Origin: Phyllobates terribilis
Lineage: Eukaryota
NCBI RefSeq assembly: GCF_046119375.1
Contig: NW_027362770.1
Span: 190,340,001 to 190,404,000, forward strand
DNA: 64,000 nucleotides
Direction of reading: 5' to 3'
Shown: positions 15,429 to 27,359 of the stretch, in pieces
How the letters are laid out: every line of letters starts with the position of its first letter
Position numbering within the stretch: position 1 is the first letter of the stretch
The notes under the pieces: generated by a model
Told to the model about the DNA's origin: nothing
Database searches by the model: none
What the model saw: only the letters and a program-made list of their open reading frames with translations
Position numbers and translations under genes: made by a program

Positions 15429-15959
<531 letters not shown>

Positions 15960-16974
15960 TAACAACACAAAGGCTCTTCTCAGAGCCGCCCACATCTTCT
16001 GAGGAGGAGCTCCTGCTGCTGGGGAGGGCGAGGGGCTGGAGACCCCCTGTGCTGGGGTGACTGCAGGCTGCTGCTCCAGGGGCGGCTGGAGACATCGCAG
16101 GTGCTAATGGGTTAACACTGAGGAGCTGCCTGTGGGCGGAGCCATAGCCCTGCTGAGCGCTGATTGGCTGAGCACTGAGTGTGTGATTCCTGCACTGAGG
16201 CTGATCTCTTCTGCTCTGTGTTCTCGGTGTAACATGTGGTGTCAGGATGGCGGCTCTTGTCGGGCTGGGAGCTGTGACTACATATCTGATGGATGTGATT
16301 TATTCAGCACTATGTGGTGGTATATGATACTTTTTGGGGTATACAGTAGTATTTTGAGGGTAAAGCCCATCATGTGGCCGTTTACGGCAGTATGTGGAGG
16401 TGTCCTGCAGTGTTTGGGGCAGAGCAGCATATGAGGATTATACAGGCTCTACTGGAGGTATACAGTATGGGGGTGAGAAGCAGATGGGTATACAGCACTA
16501 GATGAGCGGCATTACCAAGGAAACTATTGTCTTTAAAATCTTCCATCTTGTTCCCTGAATTAACCATGTGCATAGATTATTCTCCATGTCTCCCCCAACC
16601 TTGAAGAACAAGTTCTGTCCTCTGCATGGCTGCAGGCCATCTCCATTGTGCTGTCAGGACCACCCTGAATACTTGCAATTCCTTTGTTTACCGGTCTATA
16701 TAAACCTGTGCATACAGTTATCTGCAAAATAATGGTGTTAAAAACAACTGAGAAAAAGCTGAATCTTCATAGTAGCATTTATTTCCATATCCAAAAAAAC
16801 ACTGGGAGCTGCACATTCAGTCTCAAATGAGAGCATGAACAAAATATAAATTTTTAAACTGAAAATGAAGAAAAAGAGGCTGCTCAGAAAGTATCTGCAT
16901 TTTCATTTACAAACTCAAGTATTTACAGTATAAACAGAAATTTGTTTCCAGACTTCGCTTTTCTGGTAATAACT

Positions 16975-19627
16975 TGTGCGTGCACGCCAATCCCCTGTCC
17001 ATGGTGCATGCCTCCCTCCCGGCACTTGTCGTTGAACACTCAACTAGCACCATCAGCAAGCACGTCCTTGTCCCAGCGCAGCGTTCAGTTATCCCAACCC
17101 CAGTCCTTGGTACGCGAGCACAAATACGCAGCTAATGCCCCACAGGCCACACTACTAAATTTGCACATTTCATGAATGCTTGCGCTCGAAATATTACCTT
17201 TTAGGCTCATGGAAACGCAAACTTTCCGCAACCTCATGGCGGCGGCGGTCCCTCGTTACTCAGTCACCAGACGCCACTATTTCTCCTGTTGTGCCGTCCC
17301 CGCATTACACAAGCAGGTGTCCCACAACATTAGCCGTGCCCTCAACAATGCAGTTACTGGGAAAGTCCACCTAACCACGGACACGTGGACAAGTGCTTGT
17401 GGGCAGGGACGGTACATCTAGCTGACGGCACACTGGGTTAACATAGTGGAAGCCGGGACCCAGTCGGACCATGGGACGGAACACGTCCTCCTGACGCCGA
17501 GGATTGCGGGCCCTGGCTCAATCAGGTTTGCCCCCACATTCTACAGCTCTTGCACCTCCTCCTCTTCTGCATCCATATCGGAAATGACCACATCAGTCGC
17601 AAGCTGGAAGCACTGCAACACTGCCTCGGCCAAGCGACAACAGGCTGTGCTGAAGCTAATATCGTTAGGTGACAAAGCACACAACGCTGAAGAGTTGTGG
17701 ACAGCTCTGAAAGAGCAGGCAGATCTGTGGCTGACACCACTGAACCTACAGCCAGGCATGGTCGTGTATGACAATGGCCGGAACCTGGTGTCGGCTCTGA
17801 GTCGAGGCGAGCTCACACACGTATCATGCCTGGACCATGTGCTTAACCTTGTGGTTCAGTGATTTCTCAAAACCTATCCGGATCTGTCGGATCTGCTTGC
17901 CAAACTATGCCGCCTGTGTTCCCATTTTAAAAAGTCAGCTACAGCTTCCACCGCTCTTGCCGTGCTTCAGCAGCTTCTGGCTTATCAACTGGTGTGTGAT
18001 GTTCCCACACGTTGGAACTCTACATTGCAGATGTTGGGAAGGATTTGTGAGCAGAAGAGAGTAGTTGTTGACTACCTGCATCAAGAAGGCCATCGGTATT
18101 CAGGTCAGACTCCACACATAAAACCTCAGGAGTGGACATGGATGTCAGACATATGTACCAACCTCCAAAACTTTGAGGACTCCACCAAGATGGTGAGCGG
18201 CGATGACGCCATAATTAGTGTCACCATCTCGCTTCTCTGTCTTCTGAAATGCTCTCTGCTCACAATCAAAGCTGATGCATTGCAGGTGGAGCATGATGAG
18301 ATGGGGCAAGAAACCATACAGGGTGATTACACACAGCCCAGCCTCATTTCGTCCCAACGTGGATTGGGTGACAATGAGGAAGAGGAGGAGGAAGAACAGG
18401 AGCTAGTTTCCTGCGCTATAGATGGTACTACCTGCACAACTGTCATACCGTCTGTTCAGCTTGGATGGCCTGAAGACAGGGAGGAGGAGGAGGAGAGCAT
18501 GGTCAGTCGTCCTCTTGGTGAGGACACGGAAGTCTTTGCAGTCTGGCACACATGGCTGAGTTTATGTAATGCTGCCTTTCCCGTGACCCTCACGTTGTCC
18601 AAATTTTGGGTGACAGTCATTACTGGTTGGTGATGCTTCTAGACCCACGCTACAGGGAGAACTTTATCTCTCTTATTCCTTTGCAGGACAGGCCTAATAA
18701 AATGGGGCAGTACGAGAAGGCTCTTGTTGCGGAATTAGTGAAAAAATTCCCATCTGAAAACGCAGGCAGCAGAGGTCACAGTTCATTGGACAACCAAGGA
18801 CTACAGGCGAGAGAACCACAAATGCAATCCAGCAGAGGCAGGGGAACACTGTCAAAGTTCTGGGACAGTTTTCTCAGACCCTCCCATCGCACAGGCCCTG
18901 AGGCGCGGGGTACTCTCACAAGGAGTGCAACGTTTCAGAAGATGGTGAGGGAGTACCTTGCCGTACCAACGTCCTCCGTGATTCCTCTGTACCTTATAAT
19001 TATTGGGTATTCAAGCTGGAGGCGTGGCATGAACTGGCTCTCTACGCCTTGGAGGTCCTGGCCTGCCCTGCCGCTAGGATTTTGTCAGAGCAGGTTTCTT
19101 AGTGCCACCGATTGAAGCATAACCGATAGGCGCATTCGCTTGTCAACCGAAAATGCTGACAGGCTGACTCTTATAAAAATGAACAAGGGCTGGATTGGGC
19201 CAGACTTCTCAATACCACCAAATGATAGCAGCATAACTAACTCAAATACAGTGTCTTTTTTTGGGGGGAGATCTAACTCTATTCCCATGCACCTCTGTCT
19301 TCACACCCAGACATGGGTATACGCTTCCTGATTTTGTCTATTTGGTCTTGTCCTCCTCCATATCCTCATCATCCACCACCATATCACCACCATATGCACC
19401 CCATATCAACATATCTACGTCTTTTGCATGGGGCATTGGAGTTCCTCCAAATATTTGGCAGCCCTTGCTTCACTGCATAGGCAAACACTATGGGAGACCC
19501 ACTTCCTAATAATGGGAACATTGTTTTCAGGAGGCTCTCTGACCAGTGCCTCCAAATTTTTGGCAGCCCTTGCAATCACTGCATACGCAATAACAGTATA
19601 GGAGACCCATTTGTTAATAATGGGAAC
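16975..19627 (+). mobile_element. Degenerate hAT transposon: transposase pseudogene plus 3' region
   Basis: Fragments VHLTTDTWTS..GQGRYI, VVYDNGRNLV, CLDHVLNLVVQ (CxxH), DVPTRWNST, LLDPRY and LTLIKMN (dimerisation region) are split by stops and frameshifts. A ~100-bp duplication lies at 19443-19627. Confidence 0.9.
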
Positions 19628-19943
19628 AACAAAGCTAATTTAAGTAGGTTGCGGTCAGAAAGATGGAGAGGCGAGTTAGACAGGTTAGATAGGGAACAGA
19701 GGCGGGTGAAGATGTGGTCTAGTGTGTGGCCATCTTTGTGAGTGGTTGCGGAAGACCATTGAGCAAGGCCGAAGGAGGTAGTGAGGGATAGAAGCTTAGA
19801 GACAGCTGAGAGGGAAGTGTTAATGGGGATGTTGAAGTCGCCCATGATGATAGTGGGGATGTCAGCGGAAAGCAAGTGAAGTAGCCAGGTGGTGAAGTGG
19901 TCGAAGAAAGTGGTGGCTGGCCCTGGGGGGCGGTAAATGACAT
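19628..19943 (-). mobile_element. Old L2 LINE endonuclease fragment, 3' half (split by the Gypsy element)
   Basis: VIYRPP...IIMGDFNIPIN...THKDGHTLDHIFT...SDRNL, which are APE endonuclease motifs. Confidence 0.85.
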
Positions 19944-21014
19944 TGACGCGCCCCCCGGGCCGTGGGGTACTCGGCAGCCGGGCCTCTGGTTGCTGGGGGG
20001 GATATCACGGTGGCTGGCCCGGTCCATGATCCAGGGCGGTCAGTAAAAGGGGAATAGTTTATATGGGATTTGGGAAAGTTCGTGACGCCACCTGTGGGAT
20101 GTGGCCAAGGGGGCCGTCACTGCGGAGCAGTCCTCTGGAGCTGGTGTTATGGCAGCAGGGATGGTGTGGCTCTCCACAGGTAGAACTAGCTCCAGGGCAG
20201 CGTGGGGTGTAATGGATGGTGGTGCAGGGGTGAGACGGCAGGAGGGTCCCAGAGGAAAGACGGACACTCACACGGGGGCAAGCTTCATTACCTTTTGGAC
20301 TCTCCCCAGTGAGCAGGTATAGGGCTTCCTGATCCGTGGCTTTACTCACTAAGCTACTGGCCTGCCTGGAACTAGGCCTAGCTTGGTTACTGTCTCTCTT
20401 TGCACCTGCTGACCTGGTGGTAGGGCCTTCTCTTTGGAGATAACTCTCCCTGGACACTGGGGCCTCCGTGACTCCTAGCCCTGGTACTGTAGTCAGCGTT
20501 TGGCAAACCTGCGACCTGTAGTCCTCCATGGGTTCCGGTGGTTCCTACTGGGTGTAAAGAGTCCCTGTAGGCGCGGACCCGGTGTCCAGTATATATATCG
20601 GGGTGAGCCTGGTATGCTCCTCTGCCCCTTTGCTACTTCTTTCTTCTCCTCTCGCCTTCGGCCACACTCAGGCCCTCACTAGGCTTCCACACGTGCTGTA
20701 GGCCTTGGCTCGCCTAAGCACAGCAGCCAGCTTGCTGCTCTCTTCACTGCTCTCTGAGCTTCAGCACACTCTATGCTCAACTCTGAGCTGTGTTCTTCTC
20801 TGCCTCTGCAGGAACTCACTTCTCTCTTAACACTAAACTGAAACTTAACTGAGCTGCCTGGCTCCACCCTCCCTATATATATCCCTAACGGGCTCCCTCT
20901 GCTGGTCTGAGGTGGTAGGGTGGAGGTGAGTGAATGTGTGAGGGCCTCTTGTGGAGAAGTCCATCCATGCACCCTTCTGGGTTCTGTGGCACCAATTGAC
21001 AGCAGTGCGCCACA
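19944..21014 (-). repeat. 3' LTR of the Gypsy element
   Basis: About 1070 bp; direct repeat of 30541-31603; adjacent to the PPT. Confidence 0.95.
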
Positions 21015-21598
21015 TTCCCCCCTAGTAAAACTCAGTACTCCTGGACTGAAGCATTTTTCAAAACAGATTAACAATAACATTTCTTCCCTTTACGGGAGGC
21101 ACTTTGTCTTGAACATTACAGGTAACAAAACGTAATAAATAATAAATATATGTACAATGGTTAGAGTTTTTTTTTTGAGCAATTGTCAGTGAGTCCCCTA
21201 ACACGGTGTCCATTTCACTGCAAAGTACATGGTAGCTTGAGGGACCTGTCCGTAAACCCTCCACGTAGGCGCTGGGCGTGGCTGCAGGGCATAGGTGATC
21301 CGGAGTTGGACCACGTCTTCCGCCACGCCAGACAGGTTTTTCTTCAGTGGTTACCTAAAAGGGGCACTCCAGGGAGTGCAATATGTACAAGTAAACAGTT
21401 TTTGGGCTGCACACAGTCTTCAGCCACCGAGTCCTTTATATATACCCTTACGGGTAACTAAATGCAACAAGAAAAGTGTCCATGTCACCTAAATTGTCCA
21501 TTGTAAGGCAAAAATAAGTCAATACATACATACATGAAAATTACACAAGAATAACATACCTCAAGGGGCAACTATTTATACTGTCAGAGTTTTTCTTC

Positions 21599-24024
21599 CT
21601 ACTCTCTGTATCTGACAGGGGTATGACCTTGCGTGCTACGTGTTGACCTACGTAGTACTGGGATGCGTGTGGTACTGGTGTTTCTACTACCTCCCATTCT
21701 GTCAGTTCTAGGTGTGGAGGGACGGCAAGACTGCCTTAACCTCTCTACGGGACTGGTAAGTGTACCATTGGATGGGCCTTCTTGCTCTGCTCCAACCGGG
21801 GATCCTTCTTCCGGGGATTCTTCCTGGGCAGGCTCTTCTGGGGCACCTACAGGTTCTGCTTGCTGTGGAGGGTCTTCTGGCTGTTGGTAGAAGTGGATCA
21901 CAGGTATTATCACTGCTCCTCCTAGTTGGGGCCTATCTGCCGGGAAATCTCCTAATTCAGTATGTATTACTGCTTCTTTAGGCTCCTCCGGTACGATGAG
22001 AGGCACTTCTTCCTGGGGCTTTAGTAGACCTGGACACAACTTCAGATGGTCTCTAGATACCGTTGCAGTCGTTCTTCCTCCTTCCTTGGTAATTAAACAG
22101 GTCTTCCTGTTATCAAATCTTGAATTTAACACAGTGTAGGGTACCCTCTCCCATTGGTCATCAAGTTTGTGGTTTCTTCTTTTTCTCTTTAGCACAACTT
22201 CTCCAGGTGTAAAGGGTTCTGCTGGTGCACTCTTGTACTGTGCTTCCTGTTTGTCTCTTACCCTATTTAGACTGTCTTCGACACAGGCCTGTACTCTCTT
22301 GTACTGCTCCTGTCGAGTTGTATCCCAATCTTCAGTGGACATATCTGCTTCTGGCTCTACCACTCCAAGCTCCAGGTCCATGGGCAACTTTCCGGGTCTT
22401 GCTCGCATGAGATATGCTGGAGTACAATTGGTGGAACTCACAGGTATGTGGTTGTACAGATCTACCAGGTCAGGTAGCTTGTCTGGCCACTGGTTTCTTT
22501 CTTCTAGCGGTAAGGTCTTCAACAGGTCGATGACGATGTTATTCATCTTTTCACATAACCCATTGGTTTGGGGGTGGTACGGTGTAGTCCGGATCTTCTT
22601 ACACCCGTAGAGATGGCAGAACTCCTTCAACAATTCGGCTTCGAAGGCAGTGCCTTGATCTGTCAGCACCTGCTCCAGGTATCCATGGGGCCTGCAGAAG
22701 TACGCCTGAAATGTCTACACCGCAGTTTCTTCTGTCAGATCCTTGACGGGGGCGACCACCAGGAACCGGGAGTAGTGATCCACCATGGTCAGGGCATAGG
22801 AATATCCTGACCTGCTGGGTGACAGCTTGACATGATCCAAGGTCACGATCTCCAAGGGTCGAGTCGTCTTGATGGGTTGCAGGGGTGCCTTCTGGCTGCT
22901 GTAGTCTTTTCTTCTGAGGCTACAGGGTCCACAATCCCGGCACCATCTCTCTATGGAACTGCGCATTCCAACCGAATAAAACCGACCCTTCAGCAGGATT
23001 TCTAGTTTCTTCCAGCCAAAGTGCCCCGCTTGATCGTGGGTAGGCCTCCAACACCATTTGGATGTCTGTCCTGGACACTACGATCTGCCATACCATCTCA
23101 TGGGTCCTAGGGTTGACATACCTTCGGCACAGCTTCTCTCTATAGGTGAACAGCCAGCTTCTCTCATTCCACAGTTGCTTGGCTTGTGGAGACGCGTCCT
23201 TCTCCAGGGAGGAACCTTCCTGGGTTATCAGTTCTTTGATATGGCTGACAACCGGGTCGCTGTCCTGGGTCTCCTTCCAACTGTGGTGAGGCAAAGGGTT
23301 TAGTGTCTTACCACGATACCTCCTGGAGGTGCGCTGCTCGTGGACCATCCCATTTCTGTGGAAGGCAGGTAGCTCAATCTCCTCCAGGTCATCCACTTCT
23401 TCTTCAGTGTCCGACTGGTGAGGCATCCTGGACAGGGCATCGGCGTTGGCATTCTTACGGCCTGCCCGGTACTTAATGGTGAACTGGTAGTTTGACAGCC
23501 GAGCCATCCATCGTTGTTCCATGGCTCCTAACTTGGCTGTTTCCAGATGAGCCAAGGGGTTATTATCAGTGTAGGCAGTGAACTTACTGGAGGCTAGGTA
23601 GTGCTTGAACCGCTCGGTGATGGCCCAGACCAGGGCCAGGAACTCCAACTTGAAGCTGCTATAGTTCTCTGGGTTCCTCTCGGTCGGGCGGAGCTTCCTG
23701 CTTGCATAGGCGATCACCTTCTCTCGGCCATTCTGCTTCTGACTTAACACAGCTCCTAATCCCTCGTTTCTGGCATCAGTGTACAGCAGGAACTGTTGGC
23801 TGAAGTCAGGCTAGGATCTCTTCGCCGGTCAGGATCTCCTTCATCACTTCAAAGGATTCAGCTTGCTCCTTACCCCACTGGAACGGGGGGTTTCTGCCTC
23901 TCCCGGACTGTCCTACCAGGAGATCTTGCAAAGGCGCCGCATTCTTGGTATAGTCCTTCACAGGACTATACCACACCACACAGATCCATTCATTCCCACC
24001 ATACAACACAGGAAACGCTCTCAC
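21599..24024 (-). pseudogene. Gypsy pol 3' part (RNase H, integrase), frameshifted
   Basis: RNase H: LYTDARNEGLGAVLSQ, VIAYASRKL, ELALVWAI-like and TDNNPL motifs. Integrase: HHCC region (GHFG...CRDCGPC) and the catalytic LDHV / TDQG / NGLCEKMN motifs. These are spread over several frames. Confidence 0.92.
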
Positions 24025-27000
24025 AAATTACTCAACCATCTGCTCACTCTCTGTATCTTCCTTCTATTAGTCGCAGGTGATATTTCTCCCAACCCAGGAC
24101 CCTCCTGTAATAATAACACTAACTCTTTCCCTGTTACATTCAGAAACCCTGCTAATCTCATTAATATTCCCTGCATATCTTCTGTCTCATTCAACTGTGC
24201 CCTTTGGAATGCGCGCTCAGCTTGTAATAAACTCTCTTACATCCATGACTTTTTCCTCTCTAATTCCCTCAACCTTCTGGCTCTCACTGAAACCTGTATC
24301 CAGCAGTCGGACACCACCGCCGCTGCAGCTCTCTCCTATGGTGGCCTATATTTCTCTCATACCCCGCGACCTGACAACAGATCAGGGGGAGGTGTTGGTC
24401 TGCTTCTTTCAACAAAATGTACTTTTCAGGTTATCCCCCCTGTACCCTCCCTTTTCTTCCTGTCTTTTGAGGCCCACACAGTCGGACTCTACTGGCCCTT
24501 CTCCCTGCGAGTGGCGGTTGTCTATCGCCCTCCAGGTCCCCCCCGTCAATTCCTGGATCACTTTGCTGCCTGGCTTCCAAATTTTCTATCCAGCGACATC
24601 CCCACGATAATCATGGGAGACTTTAACATCCCAATTGGCGATCCTCTTTCCCCATCTGCCACGCATCTTTTATCACTAACCTCCTCCTTCGGCCTTTCAC
24701 AGCTTGCAAATTCTCCTACACATGAGGATGGGAACACATTGGACCTGATCTTCTCCCGGCTTTGCTCAGTACATGACTTTACTAACTCTCCCCTTCCACT
24801 CTCTGACCATAATCTTCTTTCATTCTCTGTCAAGAACTGTGACTCTACTCAAGACACTCCCACCGTCCACACTTATAGAAATTTACGCGCCATTAACACC
24901 CAGAAATTTATAAAAAGGTTGCAATCATCATTGGCCCCAATCTCCTCCCTCTTATGTCCCGACTCTGCATTGAAGCATTATAACAAAATAATGCTATGCG
25001 CCCTGGATGAAGCCGCACCTCCTACACAAAGAAAAATTCGGCATAGACGGCGACAACCCTGGCACACGCCTCAAACACATCTTCTACAGAGGTACTCCAG
25101 GTGCGCTGAACGGCTGTGGAGAAAATAAAATCTGCCCGAAGATTTCCTCCACTATAAATTTATGCTGAAAACATATAACTCTGCCCTTCACCTCTCCAAA
25201 CAAACCTACTTTAACAACCTCATAATCTCACTTTCCAATAATCCTAAACGACTCTTTGACACGTTTCATTCTCTCCTCAATCAAACAACACAGGCCCCGA
25301 CCACCGACCTCAGCGCTGACGATCTGGCCAATTATTTCAAAGAAAAAATTGACCATATCCGACAGTAAATTTTCTCCCAATCCCCAAATGTTATGCATGC
25401 TCCCCCCCGCCACATTGTATCTTGCTCATTTTCTGACTTCGAACCAGTCACGGAAGATGAAGTGATCAGGCTCCTTGCATCTTCTCGCCCTACCACCTGC
25501 ACCAGCGACCCTATTCCCTCACATCTCCTTCAGTCCCTTGCTCCAGCTGTCACCACTCACCTAACTAAAATTTTCAACCTTTCCCTCTCATCTGGTATCT
25601 TTCCCTCTTCTTTTAAACACGCCAGCATACAACCATTACTTAAAAAACCATCCCTCGACCAGAACTGCACGGCCAACTACAGACCTGTTTCCAATCTTCC
25701 CTTTATCTCTAAACTCCTGGAACGCCTGGTCCATTCCCGTCTAATCCTCTATCTCTCAGACAACTCTCTTCTTGACCCTTTACAATCTGGTTTCCGCTCT
25801 TTACATTCTACTGAAACTGCCCTCACTAAAGTCTCTAATGATCTACTAACAGCTAAATCTAATGGTCACTACTCCCTGCTGTTTCTCCTGGATCTCTCTG
25901 CAGCATTCGACACTGTGGATCACCAGCTCCTCCTCACTCTGCTCCGCACTATTGGCCTCAAGGACACTGTTCTCTCCTGGTTCTCCTCCTATCTCTCCGA
26001 CCGCTCCTTCTCTGTGTCTTTCGCCGGCTCCTCCTCCTCTCTACTTCCTCTTACTGTCGGGGTTCCTCAAGGATCAGTCCTAGGCCCCCTTCTTTTCTCC
26101 TTATACACCGCTCCTATTGGACAAACAATCAGTAGATTCGGTTTTCAGTACCATCTCTATGCTGATGACACCCAATTATACACCTCTGCTCCGGACATCA
26201 CCCCTGCATTACTACAAAAGACCAGTGATTGTCTTTCTGCTGTGTCTAACATTATGTCCTCCCTCTACCTAAAACTGAATCTGTCAAAAACTGAACTACT
26301 CATCTTTCCTCCCTCCATTAATCTACCTGTGCCCGATATTGCCATTTCCGTTTGTGGCTCAACCATTACTCCCCAGCAACAAGCCCGCTGTCTTGGGGTC
26401 ATTTTTGATTCAGATCTTTCTTTCACTCCTCACATCAAATCACTCGCTCGTTCATGTCATCTACACCTCAAAAACATCTCAAGAATCAGGACGTTTCTCA
26501 CCTTTGACTCGGCAAAAACTCTTACTGTCGCTCTTATTCATTCTCGTCTTGACTATTGCAACGCTCTGCTAATCGGTCTCCCTCTTACTAAACTCTCCCC
26601 TCTCCAATCCGTCCTTAACGCAGCAGCCAGGATCATATTAATCGCCAACCGCTACATCGATGCCTCTTCCCTGTGCCAGTCATTGCATTGGTTACCCATC
26701 CAATATAGAGTTCATTTTAAACTTATCACGCTTACCCACAAAGCGCTCCATGCTTCAGTACCCCCCTACATCTCCTCCCTTGTCTCAGTCTACCACCCTA
26801 CACGTGCCCTCCGTTCTGCAAATGACTTAAAACTAAAATCCTCCATAATCCGAATTTCCCACTCCCGTCTCCAAGATTTCTCGCGTGCTGCGCCAATTCT
26901 TTGGAATGCACTACCCAGGACAGTTCGATTAATTCCCAATACCCACAGTTTCAAGCGAACCCTAAAAACACATTTCTTTAGACTGGCGTATCACCTAAAC

Positions 27001-27359
27001 ACACTCTGTCCATCCCAGTTTTCCCCCATATTAAAATCTTCTTCAACTTCGGGTTCAAACCAACCATGCACATAATAGCCTCTGTCAGGACTGCACACAT
27101 ACTGGCTGGCGACCAGTCCATGTATTATTATTTATCCTATTCAGTATATCAAGGCTGCATTATACAATATATGTACTTTTTACCTTTTGTGTCTCCCCCA
27201 CTTCCTCATAGACTGTAAGCTTGCGAGCAGGGCCCTCACTCCTTTCGATATGAGATATGCTTATTCTGTATTGTCTGTATATGTCCCCCCTAAAAAATTT
27301 GTAAAATGCTGCGGAATATGTTGGCGCTATAAAAATAAACTATTATTATTATTATTATT
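23963..27359 (+). mobile_element. L2-clade LINE (5'-truncated; ORF2 EN+RT) inserted in Gypsy pol
   Basis: One reading frame with two in-frame stops (25126-25128 and 25366-25368). It contains LWNARS, GDFNI, SDHN (EN), [21 protein letters not shown] and YADDTQLY (RT), and ends AATAAAC(TAT)n. TTCACA flanks both ends, and Gypsy GYYRRFV|KDYTK rejoins across it. Confidence 0.95.

Noticed and set aside
20040-21135. ORFs within the LTRs (also 30637-31729)
   Set aside because: They are not preserved in frame between the two LTRs and show no recognisable domain.
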